NCBI GenBank assembly: GCA_040954595.2
Contig: CM082579.2
Location: forward strand, 9,537,625 to 9,601,624
DNA: 64,000 bases
Source: Balanoglossus misakiensis
Taxonomy: Eukaryota > Animalia > Hemichordata
Direction of reading: 5' to 3'
Every line of letters starts with the position of its first letter. Position 1 is the stretch's first letter. The translations under genes and the position numbers were made by a program. The notes below the pieces were generated by a model. That model saw only the letters and a program-made list of their open reading frames with translations. It made no database searches and was not told the origin of the DNA. Positions 51,682-61,899 of the stretch are shown here, in pieces.

Positions 51682-53516
51682 ACCACTACCGTAACCTTTT
51701 ACTCTTGTACTATAACTTTCAATAATTGATTGTAAAAACTACATATATAAATGTAAAACGAAACCTTCGCCCTGATGGAGATTGTCTATAAAGGAATGAT
51801 TCTATCATTAACAAACTAGGCCTATATCTAGAGAAATTTGCTGCTTAGACAGAATGTCTAATAAGGTCACTGTTAACTACAAACATTCTGCAATAATAGA
51901 TTGATTTCGCGCATTATATCTGATTCTGAAATACACTGTTTTGGGGTAAATCGTCGTCCGGTCCGCACGGCTTGGCTAGCTCGTTGTTTATTTATAGCCT
52001 ACACGCTCCCTAATCTCCGGACCCTACCCTCGCCCGCCCGAGATAACATATAATGGCCATGCAGCAAAGATAGGGTAAATTTAATTTGGTCATCACTTCA
52101 ACGATAATCATTTAACACGCGAGTATAATTGGAACTAACACGTGACACCCTTGGCGTTGTGGCCTTAACCCTCCGACTGTTGCTTTTCAATGCATACACT
52201 TGTTGTGTAGTTCTTATTGCTTCCACGGCAACTTTCCTTCTTCAACAAATCTGTGAATTCAACATTGCGATAGAATGCGATCTCACATACTGTGCTGGCG
52301 TTGGTTTTCATGACTAGTCCTTCTTCACGTCCTTGGATAATCGTTGTTCGATTGACATCCACGCACTCTTCATAGAACTGCTGCTGCTGCATTCGAAATT
52401 CGTTCAAATCTTGATAGAACCCATCCCCGTAGCTGTGCACCCTTCTCCAAAACGTGTCGTTGAAATGGTTGTACAACAGAGCGTCTGCCTTATTCCATTT
52501 CAATATCTTATCTGCAACTGGTTTGGGGATTTCAAAGAGTCTGTTTTCGCTCCGTATACCTTTGCTTATGTAAAGAAGATCTTGGATTTTCCAACACAAC
52601 ACATTTTTCAACAACACAAGTGACTCCTCGTAGTAATCAGTGATGAGAACAAGGTCAAGTTCCTTGTCCAATGTTTTTATCGTGGCATTAATTACATTCT
52701 CATTGTCACTGAAACGAGTATCAAACCCCAAATTATAAATCATACCGTTTCTCAGGAGAGTTTTGTAAATGCCCCCTTTCCGAATGTACTTATCGGGACT
52801 CTTCATGAAATCCGCCAGTGGATTTTTGGATTTGTTGAGGCCAGCGGAACGCCCGAAATTGTAATATCCGAATGCCGACCCAAATCTCCGTACTGGTTCT
52901 CGTAATATAGTGATATATGTTGCATTAGGAACTACCTTGTCTAGTTCCGGTCGATTATATCGCAAATGACTTGCTATAATGTTGAAGTACTGTTACGATC
53001 TGTATAAAGGTCAAATACGATTTCAAGGGTTAATTAATCCAGAGCTCGGGAATGTCAATGTTTGATAGTATTTGATTTTATGTATTTGAAGTAGATAGGG
53101 AGAGCGGGTGTTTACCTGACTGCTCTGGTTGTCAATCATCACCGAACTGACTTTCTTATATAACACTTTATGTAAATTGGTACGTATAGAGTTGACTGAT
53201 GCCCAATGAAATTGTAACACATATATTTTACATTATTAACCACGCCTTGAGAAAAGTAATTATAAGAGAACTTTGTTTCCAAAGTTGAAAAAAAAAGAAT
53301 AATCTAACGGGAGATGGGAGTACCTCAGGCTACTGAGTTCGTTCCCTTCCTCATGTACTTTACTGGGCGTATTTGATGTACTATATAATTCCGGACAATA
53401 AATGAACGTGAATCAGATACGTGTCTCCGTGGATCACTGTTCTCGTCAGAGCCCGATACCTCATCGCTACAGATTCCCCGATGCATGAACAATCATGAGA
53501 AACCAGCCGTAATACA

Positions 53517-53526
53517 TGGTGGAGAT
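53517..53526 (+). promoter_or_regulatory. Primer-binding site, complementary to a tRNA 3' end (tRNA-Ala-like, ...CTCCACCA)
   Basis: TGGTGGAGAT immediately 3' of the 5' LTR; the tRNA identity is from memory of tRNA-Ala acceptor ends. Confidence 0.7.
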
Positions 53527-53591
53527 ACGTGGGTAGACGAAACAAATCCATCGGAGACAGAAACGGCGACGTCCAGCGGAAAGATTACAGC

Positions 53592-54461
53592 ATGGATCGC
53601 GAGATGCTAAACGACATGAACAGTCAAATATCGGAAATACGACAGGTTACACTCAGAGCTGGAGGTCAGGTAGGCCCAGGTTTCTTTTCGGGTACAGAGA
53701 CTGAGAATGCACACCGATGGTGGAAAAGATATATAGACTTTGCTGACTTTAAGCAATGGTCAGACGAGAAACGGCTTAAAGGAATCGGACTATATTTGAC
53801 TGGTGAAGCGGAGCGATGGTTCTACAGACTGTCTGCAGAAAAGAAAAACGACTTGACGACACTGCAAAATGTCTTCCTCGCTTGTTTTGATAAGTGCGGT
53901 CCGATGTGGCTGTATGACGAGAAACTGTTTCGCCTGAAGCAACTGCCGGACCAGACTGTTGAACAATATGCGGAATTAATATGCGAAAAAGCAGAAAAAG
54001 CGAAAAAGACTGATGAGGAAATACTATCTTTCTTCATGAACGGACTGAGACCGGACATACTAAAGTTCGTAGCGGGAATGTCACCTAAGGATTTCGAAAC
54101 AGCGTACAAACATGCTCGAACAGCAGAGGTCGTGGCAGGATTACCAGAGACAGACGAGCCAGAAGCGGGTCTTTTACAACAAATCTCGACACGGATTGAC
54201 GAGATGAAACAAGAAGATCAAGAAGTGAAGACCAAATCAAGCGCGGCAGATCATCGAGGACGATCGACAAAAAGAGAGAAGAAATCGCCGAATTACAGAG
54301 CAAGAGAACGAACAATAGACAATAAGGTAAAGAGGAACAGATATAATTTTACTGGGCACTCTACCCAACGTTTTCCTCGACATAGTCAATTTAATTCCCG
54401 TGCATGTTTTAATTGTGGGCGTTACGATCATATAGCTAGAAATTGTTCAAAATATGCGTAA
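53592..54461 (+). CDS. gag: Ty3/Gypsy-like Gag (capsid domain plus CCHC zinc knuckle)
   Basis: Capsid-type segments FFSG.E...A..WW, L.GEA.RWF and LKQ...QTVEQY...F..GL.PDI, and a C-terminal CFNCGRYDHIARNC (CX2CX4HX4C). The ORF is open from 53529; the first ATG is at 53592. Confidence 0.92.
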   Translation: MDREMLNDMNSQISEIRQVTLRAGGQVGPGFFSGTETENAHRWWKRYIDFADFKQWSDEKRLKGIGLYLTGEAERWFYRLSAEKKNDLTTLQNVFLACFDKCGPMWLYDEKLFRLKQLPDQTVEQYAELICEKAEKAKKTDEEILSFFMNGLRPDILKFVAGMSPKDFETAYKHARTAEVVAGLPETDEPEAGLLQQISTRIDEMKQEDQEVKTKSSAADHRGRSTKREKKSPNYRARERTIDNKVKRNRYNFTGHSTQRFPRHSQFNSRACFNCGRYDHIARNCSKYA

Positions 54462-57400
54462 CAGAAAAAAAACGGAAAAGGGAGACACGTGGTTGATTGA
54501 AATGAATATTTGAATATGACTGAGAGGTATGAGTGTATGCCGGCCTGTATGAGTGAGTGTACGATTGGCGTGTCCCTTGATTCGTTTAATGTTACGTAAG
54601 TTGTCAAATGACGTTTTATAGTCCGATATTTTCTGAGTTTAGTTGTAAGTGCTGTGCAACCTGGTTCCCGTGTCACTCTGTTTAAATGTGTTTATGTATT
54701 TGAGTTGTAAAGAAATTACCAGTGAAGTTTGAAGTTGCAGAGATTTTAACATTGGAGAAAAATGTTGTGAGTTGAATTTGCCGTTCGTTTGATGACCTAA
54801 ATAGATGGTCCAATTTGTGTAAATAGCCCCTTTTAATGGCTATGTGTTTGTATAAAGAAACCAAAGAAAATCCCATTTTCGAATGAAGAAAATGCCATTT
54901 TCGAAGTTGTAAAGAGTGGATTTTTGACAAAACGCTAAGATGTTTCAGTTTTAAATTTTTAAAGGTTATTGAATTTGCCCGACATGACGTAACTCGAGAA
55001 TAAGGAATGTCGGATGATCGTTCGATGTAAAAGAATGCAAGAGTATTTCGTTTGAGTCAATAAGACAACAGATATTAAGATTGTGTTCTATGATGGATAC
55101 AACGTTTTATGGGTTACAGAAGGAGTTGCGATTTTATTGTTTATATTAGTAGGTGGATATGTGTGCGAAGGTTTTATGTGCACATACTATTTTAAGTTTA
55201 TATGTACTTTTATTCTGTAGTAATTTTTGGATTGTAATTTTATATATTTTTAAGACGATCACTTCATAGACATGACTAGATTTTTTTTCCAAATATTTTA
55301 CTTCAATTTTGTTATATATATTGTACTCTTACATTTCAAAATCATACGGTACATCTTAATATACTCTTGGGATGGAATTGAACGATTACCCTTGGTGTAC
55401 TGCTCTTTAAGAGATTTGTGTCCAATGCGGGACGCATTGGTTTAAAAGGAGGGGAGTGTTACGATCTGTATAAAGGTCAAATACGATTTCAAGGGTTAAT
55501 TAATCCAGAGCTCGGGAATGTCAATGTTTGATAGTATTTGATTTTATGTATTTGAAGTAGATAGGGAGAGCGGGTGTTTACCTGACTGCTCTGGTTGTCA
55601 ATCATCACCGAACTGACTTTCTTATATAACACTTTATGTAAATTGGTACGTATAGAGTTGACTGATGCCCAATGAAATTGTAACACATATATTTTACATT
55701 ATTAACCACGCCTTGAGAAAAGTAATTATAAGAGAACTTTGTTTCCAAAGTTGAAAAAAAAAGAATAATCTAACGGGAGATGGGAGTACCTCAGGCTACT
55801 GAGCTCGTTCCCTTCCTCATGTACTTTACTGGGCGTATTTGATGTACTATAGTAATTCCGGACAATAAATGAACGTGAATCAGATACGTGTCTCCGTGGA
55901 TCACTGTTCTCGTCAGAGCCCGATACCTCATCGCTACAGATTCCCCGATGCATGAACAATCATGAGAAACCAGCCGTAATAACATTTCCCTTTATCGTCT
56001 GCAGGAGTTTGCTGATAGAGCAGACCCCTCGAGAACGCCTTGCTTTCATTAAATATCTGTGTACCTTTCGGTAAAGCAAAGGCTAAGCCACGAGTATATC
56101 CAAAACGTTGAATGATATTATTAGTTGTAGAACTAGCTGTCTTGTGAGTTTTAATGAAAATGATCTGTCTAGTTTCCTTGCAGGCAACTTCAAGTGGTGG
56201 TTTCATACTGATCCCTTGTCTAGTTACGTTGCCGGCGATTACGAAAAGCGTTTTCGTCAGCTTACCCATCGTGTGGCGAAATGTTAGAGTCAACTTCAAT
56301 AGCTTAGAACTGAAAAAGAGAGTGAAAGTTGTAGTTGGTGAATAAACTTTACATCGAAGTGAAACTTTTGGCCTTTCACTGTTATCGTAATATAGAAGTA
56401 TTTGCATTTGCGAAACTATTGTTTGATTGTGACTGTAAACAGCACGACTTTACAATATTTGCTAATTTCGTAGACCTATTCGTATTGTATAAAATGTCGT
56501 TACGTGATCATGGTAAAGTTACCTTTGCCAATAGATGTTAAAACTTGCGATGAGAAGAAGCGATGACGTCATAATCATCAGCCGTTTCTTGTTGACCCTC
56601 GGGAACATTGTCTCGATGGATGGTAGAATCTATATGGAAAACGTAATGTAGACGAAAAAGACGATAAACATGTTAAATAGGGCTGATTAGCCTAAATGAC
56701 ATAGGCTTTCAGATATATAAAGAGTGGGAAAACTTCACTAAATATAATGCATGCCTAATGATGGGATACTGTTCATTATTGCATACGTGTCACTGTATTC
56801 TATGTGACAGGTAATCTGTTATTTGTCCAATGCCCCAACTGTGATTTATGGGTTCACCAGACAATGTTTTTGTGACCCCACTATTATTAAAACGGGGACG
56901 CTTTTAGTCCCCGGTCCTTTGTATGGCAGTGATCGAGGTCGTTCAACATTTTGACCATTCAGAAGGCAGCTATCAGCCTCACAGTCAAGGAACATGTTCT
57001 AGTTACATGTCCTAGTTTGTTGTACTTGTGCCATGTATTTTGTTTTCTTTTTCTATATTTCTATGGGCTTGGATCCTGATTTAAATAAATAAATAAATAA
57101 ATATATACACAGTTGAATCAACGAAAATACTTGCCCACCGGCACATGTAATCTTTGACTCCAAATCAATACCTTTACCATTGCGATTGTCTTTTCCCCGT
57201 TGTTTTTGAGTGAAGACCGCAGAAATTATAAGGTGGCATTCATTGAATATACAAATGTAAAGTCAATATAAATCCCAATTACAAACATCTTTGAGATCAA
57301 CATAAGCTATAACAGCCGCTTCTAATTGGAGGGGGGTTCATCTGAAGACATCACTTTGTCATAACACGCAAATAATATATGGGTCCATGTTATTGCTAGG

Positions 57401-58897
57401 CGGGAATTCAATATTTAGCCCGCATTCCTCCGTCTCTTTATCAGAATTGTAACTTTAAAGTTTCGATTTGTATTTTTTCTCAGCTTAATAGGAGAGAAAT
57501 TTTCTCTTAAAGGGGATATGAGGAACGGCATAGATTGAGGTCACTTAGTCTGGGCGGGCCGGACCGTAGGTCTGGTCACTGCGGTCTGGTCCCCGCCCGG
57601 CCACTTTAGGTAGTATTAGCCAAGTCGATCTTCACGTTGTCGTCCACGTAAACCGTTTTCCCCTTTCCCTAGTAGTCATGATAACTTTACGGCCGTAATT
57701 TACGAGTTATGCTTTTGGGAGTGTTCATTGTAAATTCTTTGTATCAAGTTCTGAACCCGAATTATCGCCTTTGATAGGGGTATAGGTAACGATCTGTATT
57801 CACTCCACTTTTTGTGCAGTGTACGGTTCCACTTAGACTTGCTCCAAGTCTATGGGTTTCATAATTTCATCATAAATGCATTACAGAAAATTGTGTTCCC
57901 AGTCTCTCAATGTAACGCGTGTGGATGGTGACCGATACTACCAGCTCATCCCCGAATTCAAAACTCAGCTCAGTATATCAGAAACTCGCTGAAAGCAGGC
58001 AAACACGCGAAAAGTGTTGAGAATCGCAAAGCGACTTTTAGGGCTTGTCTGGGTTCCGCTCGAAAGAAAAGTTGTCCGCGTGTACTCACCCACCTGTTAT
58101 AATTAATCCCTTGTCTCAGAGATACACTGAATAGCTTCAAGTATCAGATGCAACTTCAAATTTCAAGTAGTACAAAATCTATGTCCAGATGGTGTTTCCT
58201 ACTGATAGCTAGTCACGGTCGCGTGTCTGTCACCCAGAACGATTCGAATACAAAATCACCGTGGCGGCCGTAGTAGGGCCTATTCGTCTCGGTACGTTGG
58301 TGATCATGCGTACTCACCTTTCTTTTTTGACAATTGCCCCAGAACCTGCCTAGAACCTTTTGAAAGCCATTGCCTTGGGCCTGAATGGAATTGACAGTGG
58401 GTTGGGCTGATGTTTTCCGAAAACTGAAGAGTCCACGGAAAAATACCCCGGTCCTTTTATATGGCAGTCATCGAGGTCGTTCAACATTTTGTCCATTCAG
58501 AAGGCAGCTATCAGCTCACAGCACACATTGTTAGGGACCGTTCAGTTTTTACGGCTGAGGGGGGGGGGCGGCAAGTTTGTGTTATCGGTTTTTAAAATCA
58601 GGCCGACCCCCCCCCCTTCACCCAGCACCAAAAAATGATGACCCCCTCCCCTTTTGACAGACCCCAAAATATGATGACCCCTCCCCCACGCCGTAAACAT
58701 TCGCCGTCCTGATCCTATGTACACTGTATGCAATAAAGGGAATGAGGCTCCTCACACCTCAATTATAAATTTCTTAAAGTAATTGAAGTATATAATGGTA
58801 TATCGTTGCAATAAAGAAATCTATGAACAAAATAAAATGACTAGTCAATACAATAGTTGCTAGAATTTGTAAAAGAAGAAAAGTGGCGGGGTGGGCG

Positions 58898-59078
58898 AGA
58901 TACCCGGGCCCTACCACGAGGACGTCGTCTTGAAGACCATATCCGGGCAGATCTGCACCTCGCTGTTCCGGAACTGCTTCTTTGATGACAAACTCTTCAT
59001 CGTGTACGGCGTCTGCAAGAAGTCGAACAATGTCGGAACGCTGGATGAGGGCGTCGGTGACTTCTACCCGGTGTCGTA
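58898..59078 (+). pseudogene. Duplicated 3' fragment (last about 59 codons) of the RING/RFX-like gene
   Basis: IPGPYHEDVVLKTISGQICTSLF...FYPVS* is nearly identical to 50411-50592, with no upstream exons. Confidence 0.85.
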
Positions 59079-60651
59079 GCTGCAGTGTGACCCGTACTTT
59101 ACCAGACACAGGTGACACTGGTGTTTTTCGACAGGAAATGGTCTCTCTTTCTCGAAATGACAGTGTTAATTCCTGAACAAAATGGCTCCCTGTGCACGTC
59201 ATGAGTTGCAACCATTGCCAAATTTTGTGACTGATCGAAGTGTTTTTCCTTGTCTGCATCAGTCATTTTGAACACTCCTTGTTACAGATAACCTTGTGTT
59301 GGTCAATCGTGCTGGACAATTATTCTTACAATTAAAAATGCCAAAACAACTCCAAATAATATATAGGCCTAATATGTATGATAACAAGCAGTATCATAAC
59401 AATTTTCCACTTGCATAGTTTTATTCCAGCAGGTGTATGCCAATTCAAAAATCATTATACCAGAATAGATTATAGTTATTTTTTATATCTTTATTATAAT
59501 ATATAGCAAATTTGATAAAAACATGCACAAATAATGGACAGATATATTTAAGGTATACTTGTGTGTGTAGGCAGTCCTTGATCGGTTAAACTTAATTAAC
59601 ATATCATACACCTTTTTTTCTGTAATATGCCCAAATTATATTTTTCAGATTATGTAATGATGTTTATATATTCTGCATGGAGTTTTACATGTAATCCGTG
59701 TCATAAATTCAGATATCTATTTTTTTAAATTTGTGCTAGTAGTGAAGTGATATTTTGAGACAAATCTTTTAACAAAGTTATGTTTTATTTATCTCTAACA
59801 CGCAAATATGCTAATAACAATCAAACTCGTGATCATGACATCATGAAATAAATGTTCCATGTTGCATATCAGAAACCATTGTGTGACGGAGTGTTATGGG
59901 ATGGGTTGAGTGTGAGTATTTACAGTGCAGTAGCAGCACTGCGCTTATACACACTCTGTTTGTTGATCAACATCAGATTTTACCCACAAATCTCTGCCAT
60001 GTTAATCAATAATTTGCATTTCAAAATATTTTAAAAGTGCTGACTCGGCAAAAATCAGAAAGAGCAGACCACTGCCTGGACTAAAAGATTCAGTCGTGTG
60101 CGGGCGCTCCGACAATGCCTCGTCCCGAAAGGGTCTTAGGCCCACACAAGACTGAATCTGTCAGTCTCACCACTACCGTAACCTTTTACTCTTGTACTAT
60201 AACTTTCAATAATTGATTGTAAAAACTACATATATAAATGTAAAACGAAACCTTCGCCCTGATGGAGATTGTCTATAAAGGAACGATTCTATCATTAACA
60301 AACTAGGCCTATATCTAGAGAAATTTGCTGCTTAGACAGAATGTCTAATAAGGTCACTGTTAACTACAAACATTCTGCAATAATAGATTGATTTCGCGCA
60401 TTATATCTGATTCTGAAATACACTGTTTTGGGGTAAATCGTCGTCCGGTCCGCACGGCTTGGCTAGCTCGTTGTTTCTTTATAGCCTACAGTCTCCCTAA
60501 TCTCCGGACCCCACCCTCGCCCGCCCGAGATAACATATAATGGCCATGCAGCAAAGATAGGGTAAATTTAATTTGGTCATCACTTCAACGATAATCATTT
60601 AACACGCGAGTATAATTGGAAGAAACACGTGACACCCTTGGCGTTGTGGCC

Positions 60652-61899
60652 TTAACCCTCCGACTGTTGTTTTTCAATGCATACACTTTCCGTGTAGTTC
60701 TTATTTCTTCCACGGCAACTTTCCTTCTTCAACAAAGCTGTGAATTCAACATCGCGATGGAATGCGATCTCGCATACTATGCTGGCGTTGGTTTTCATGA
60801 CTAGTCCTTCTTCATGTCCATGGATAATTGTTGTTCGATTGACATCTACGCATTCCTCGTAGAACTTCTGCTGCTGCATTCGAAATTCGTTCAAATCTTG
60901 ATAGAACCCATCCCCGTAGCTGTGCACCCTTCTCCAAAACGTGTCGTTGAAATGGTTGTACAACAGAGCGTCAGCCTTATTCCATTTCAATATCTTATCT
61001 GCAACTGGTTTGGTGATTTCAAAGATTCTGTTTTCGCTCCGTATAGCCTTGCTTATGTAAAGAAGGTCTTGTATTTTCCAACACAACACATTTTTCAACA
61101 ACACAAGTGACTCCTCGTAGTAATCAGTGATTAGAACTAGGTCAAGTTCCTTGTCCAGTGTTTTTATCGTGGCATTAATTACATTCTCATTGTCACTGAA
61201 ACGAGTAGCAAACCCCAAATTATAAAGCATACCGTTTCTCAGGAGATTTTTGTGAGTGCCCCCTTTCCGAATGTACTTATCGGGACTCTTCATGAAATCC
61301 GCCAGTGGATTTTTGGATTTGTCTAGGCCAGTGTAATGCGCGAAATTGTAATATCCGAATGCCGACTCAAATCTCCGTACTGGTTCTCGTAATATAGTAA
61401 TATATGTTGCATTTGGAACAACTTTGTCTAGTTCCGGTCTATTATATCGCAAATGGTTTGCTATAATATTGAAGTATTTCCCTTTATCGTCTGCGGGGCT
61501 TTGTTGATAGAGCATATCCCTCAAGAACGCATTGTTTTCATTAAATCTATGTGTACCTTTCGGTAAGGCAAAGGCTAAGCCACGAGTATATCCAAATCGT
61601 TGAAAGATATTATTAGTTGTAGAACTAGCTGTCTTGTAAGTTTTAATGAAAATGATCTGTCTAGTTTCCTTGCAGGCAACTTCAAGTGGTGGTTTCATAC
61701 TGATCCCTTGTCTAGTTACGTTGCCGGCGATTACGAAACGCGTTTTCGTCAGCTTACCCATCGTGTGGCGAAACGTTAGAGTCAACTTCAATAGCTTAGA
61801 ACTGAAAAAGAGAATGAAAGTTGTAGTTGGTGAATAAACTTTACATCGAAGTGAAACTTTTGGCCTTTCACTGTTATCGTAATATAGAAGTATTTGCAT
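60652..61899 (-). CDS. Gal3ST copy 3 (open frame, but KTHKT changed to KTYKT)
   Basis: Uninterrupted 415-aa ORF highly similar to copies 1 and 2; the start codon is uncertain. Confidence 0.85.
   Translation of the reverse strand: MQILLYYDNSERPKVSLRCKVYSPTTTFILFFSSKLLKLTLTFRHTMGKLTKTRFVIAGNVTRQGISMKPPLEVACKETRQIIFIKTYKTASSTTNNIFQRFGYTRGLAFALPKGTHRFNENNAFLRDMLYQQSPADDKGKYFNIIANHLRYNRPELDKVVPNATYITILREPVRRFESAFGYYNFAHYTGLDKSKNPLADFMKSPDKYIRKGGTHKNLLRNGMLYNLGFATRFSDNENVINATIKTLDKELDLVLITDYYEESLVLLKNVLCWKIQDLLYISKAIRSENRIFEITKPVADKILKWNKADALLYNHFNDTFWRRVHSYGDGFYQDLNEFRMQQQKFYEECVDVNRTTIIHGHEEGLVMKTNASIVCEIAFHRDVEFTALLKKESCRGRNKNYTESVCIEKQQSEG

Larger units (their letters stand above)
52991..55984 (+). 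mobile_element. Gag-only LTR retrotransposon, about 3.0 kb (LTRs 52991-53516 and 55457-55984)
   Basis: Near-identical TG...CA LTRs (I see 1 substitution and 2 single-base indels). The PBS TGGTGGAGAT directly follows the 5' LTR and the polypurine tract AAAAGGAGGGGAG directly precedes the 3' LTR. There is a single internal gag ORF. Confidence 0.95.
52165..56407 (-). pseudogene. Gal3ST copy 2, interrupted by an LTR element (5' part 56407-55985, 3' part about 52989-52165)
   Basis: Both halves align with copies 1 and 3 and break exactly at DKGK|YFNII. Confidence 0.9.

Noticed and set aside
54461-55440. Possible frameshifted pol or env after gag
   Set aside because: All frames are rich in stops; I saw no protease D[ST]G, RT YxDD or integrase motifs.
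38110-58530. Interpretation as a Polinton/Maverick or other giant TIR transposon
   Set aside because: No polB, integrase, ATPase, capsid or transposase ORF. The arms contain host sulfotransferase genes and are not collinear terminal repeats.
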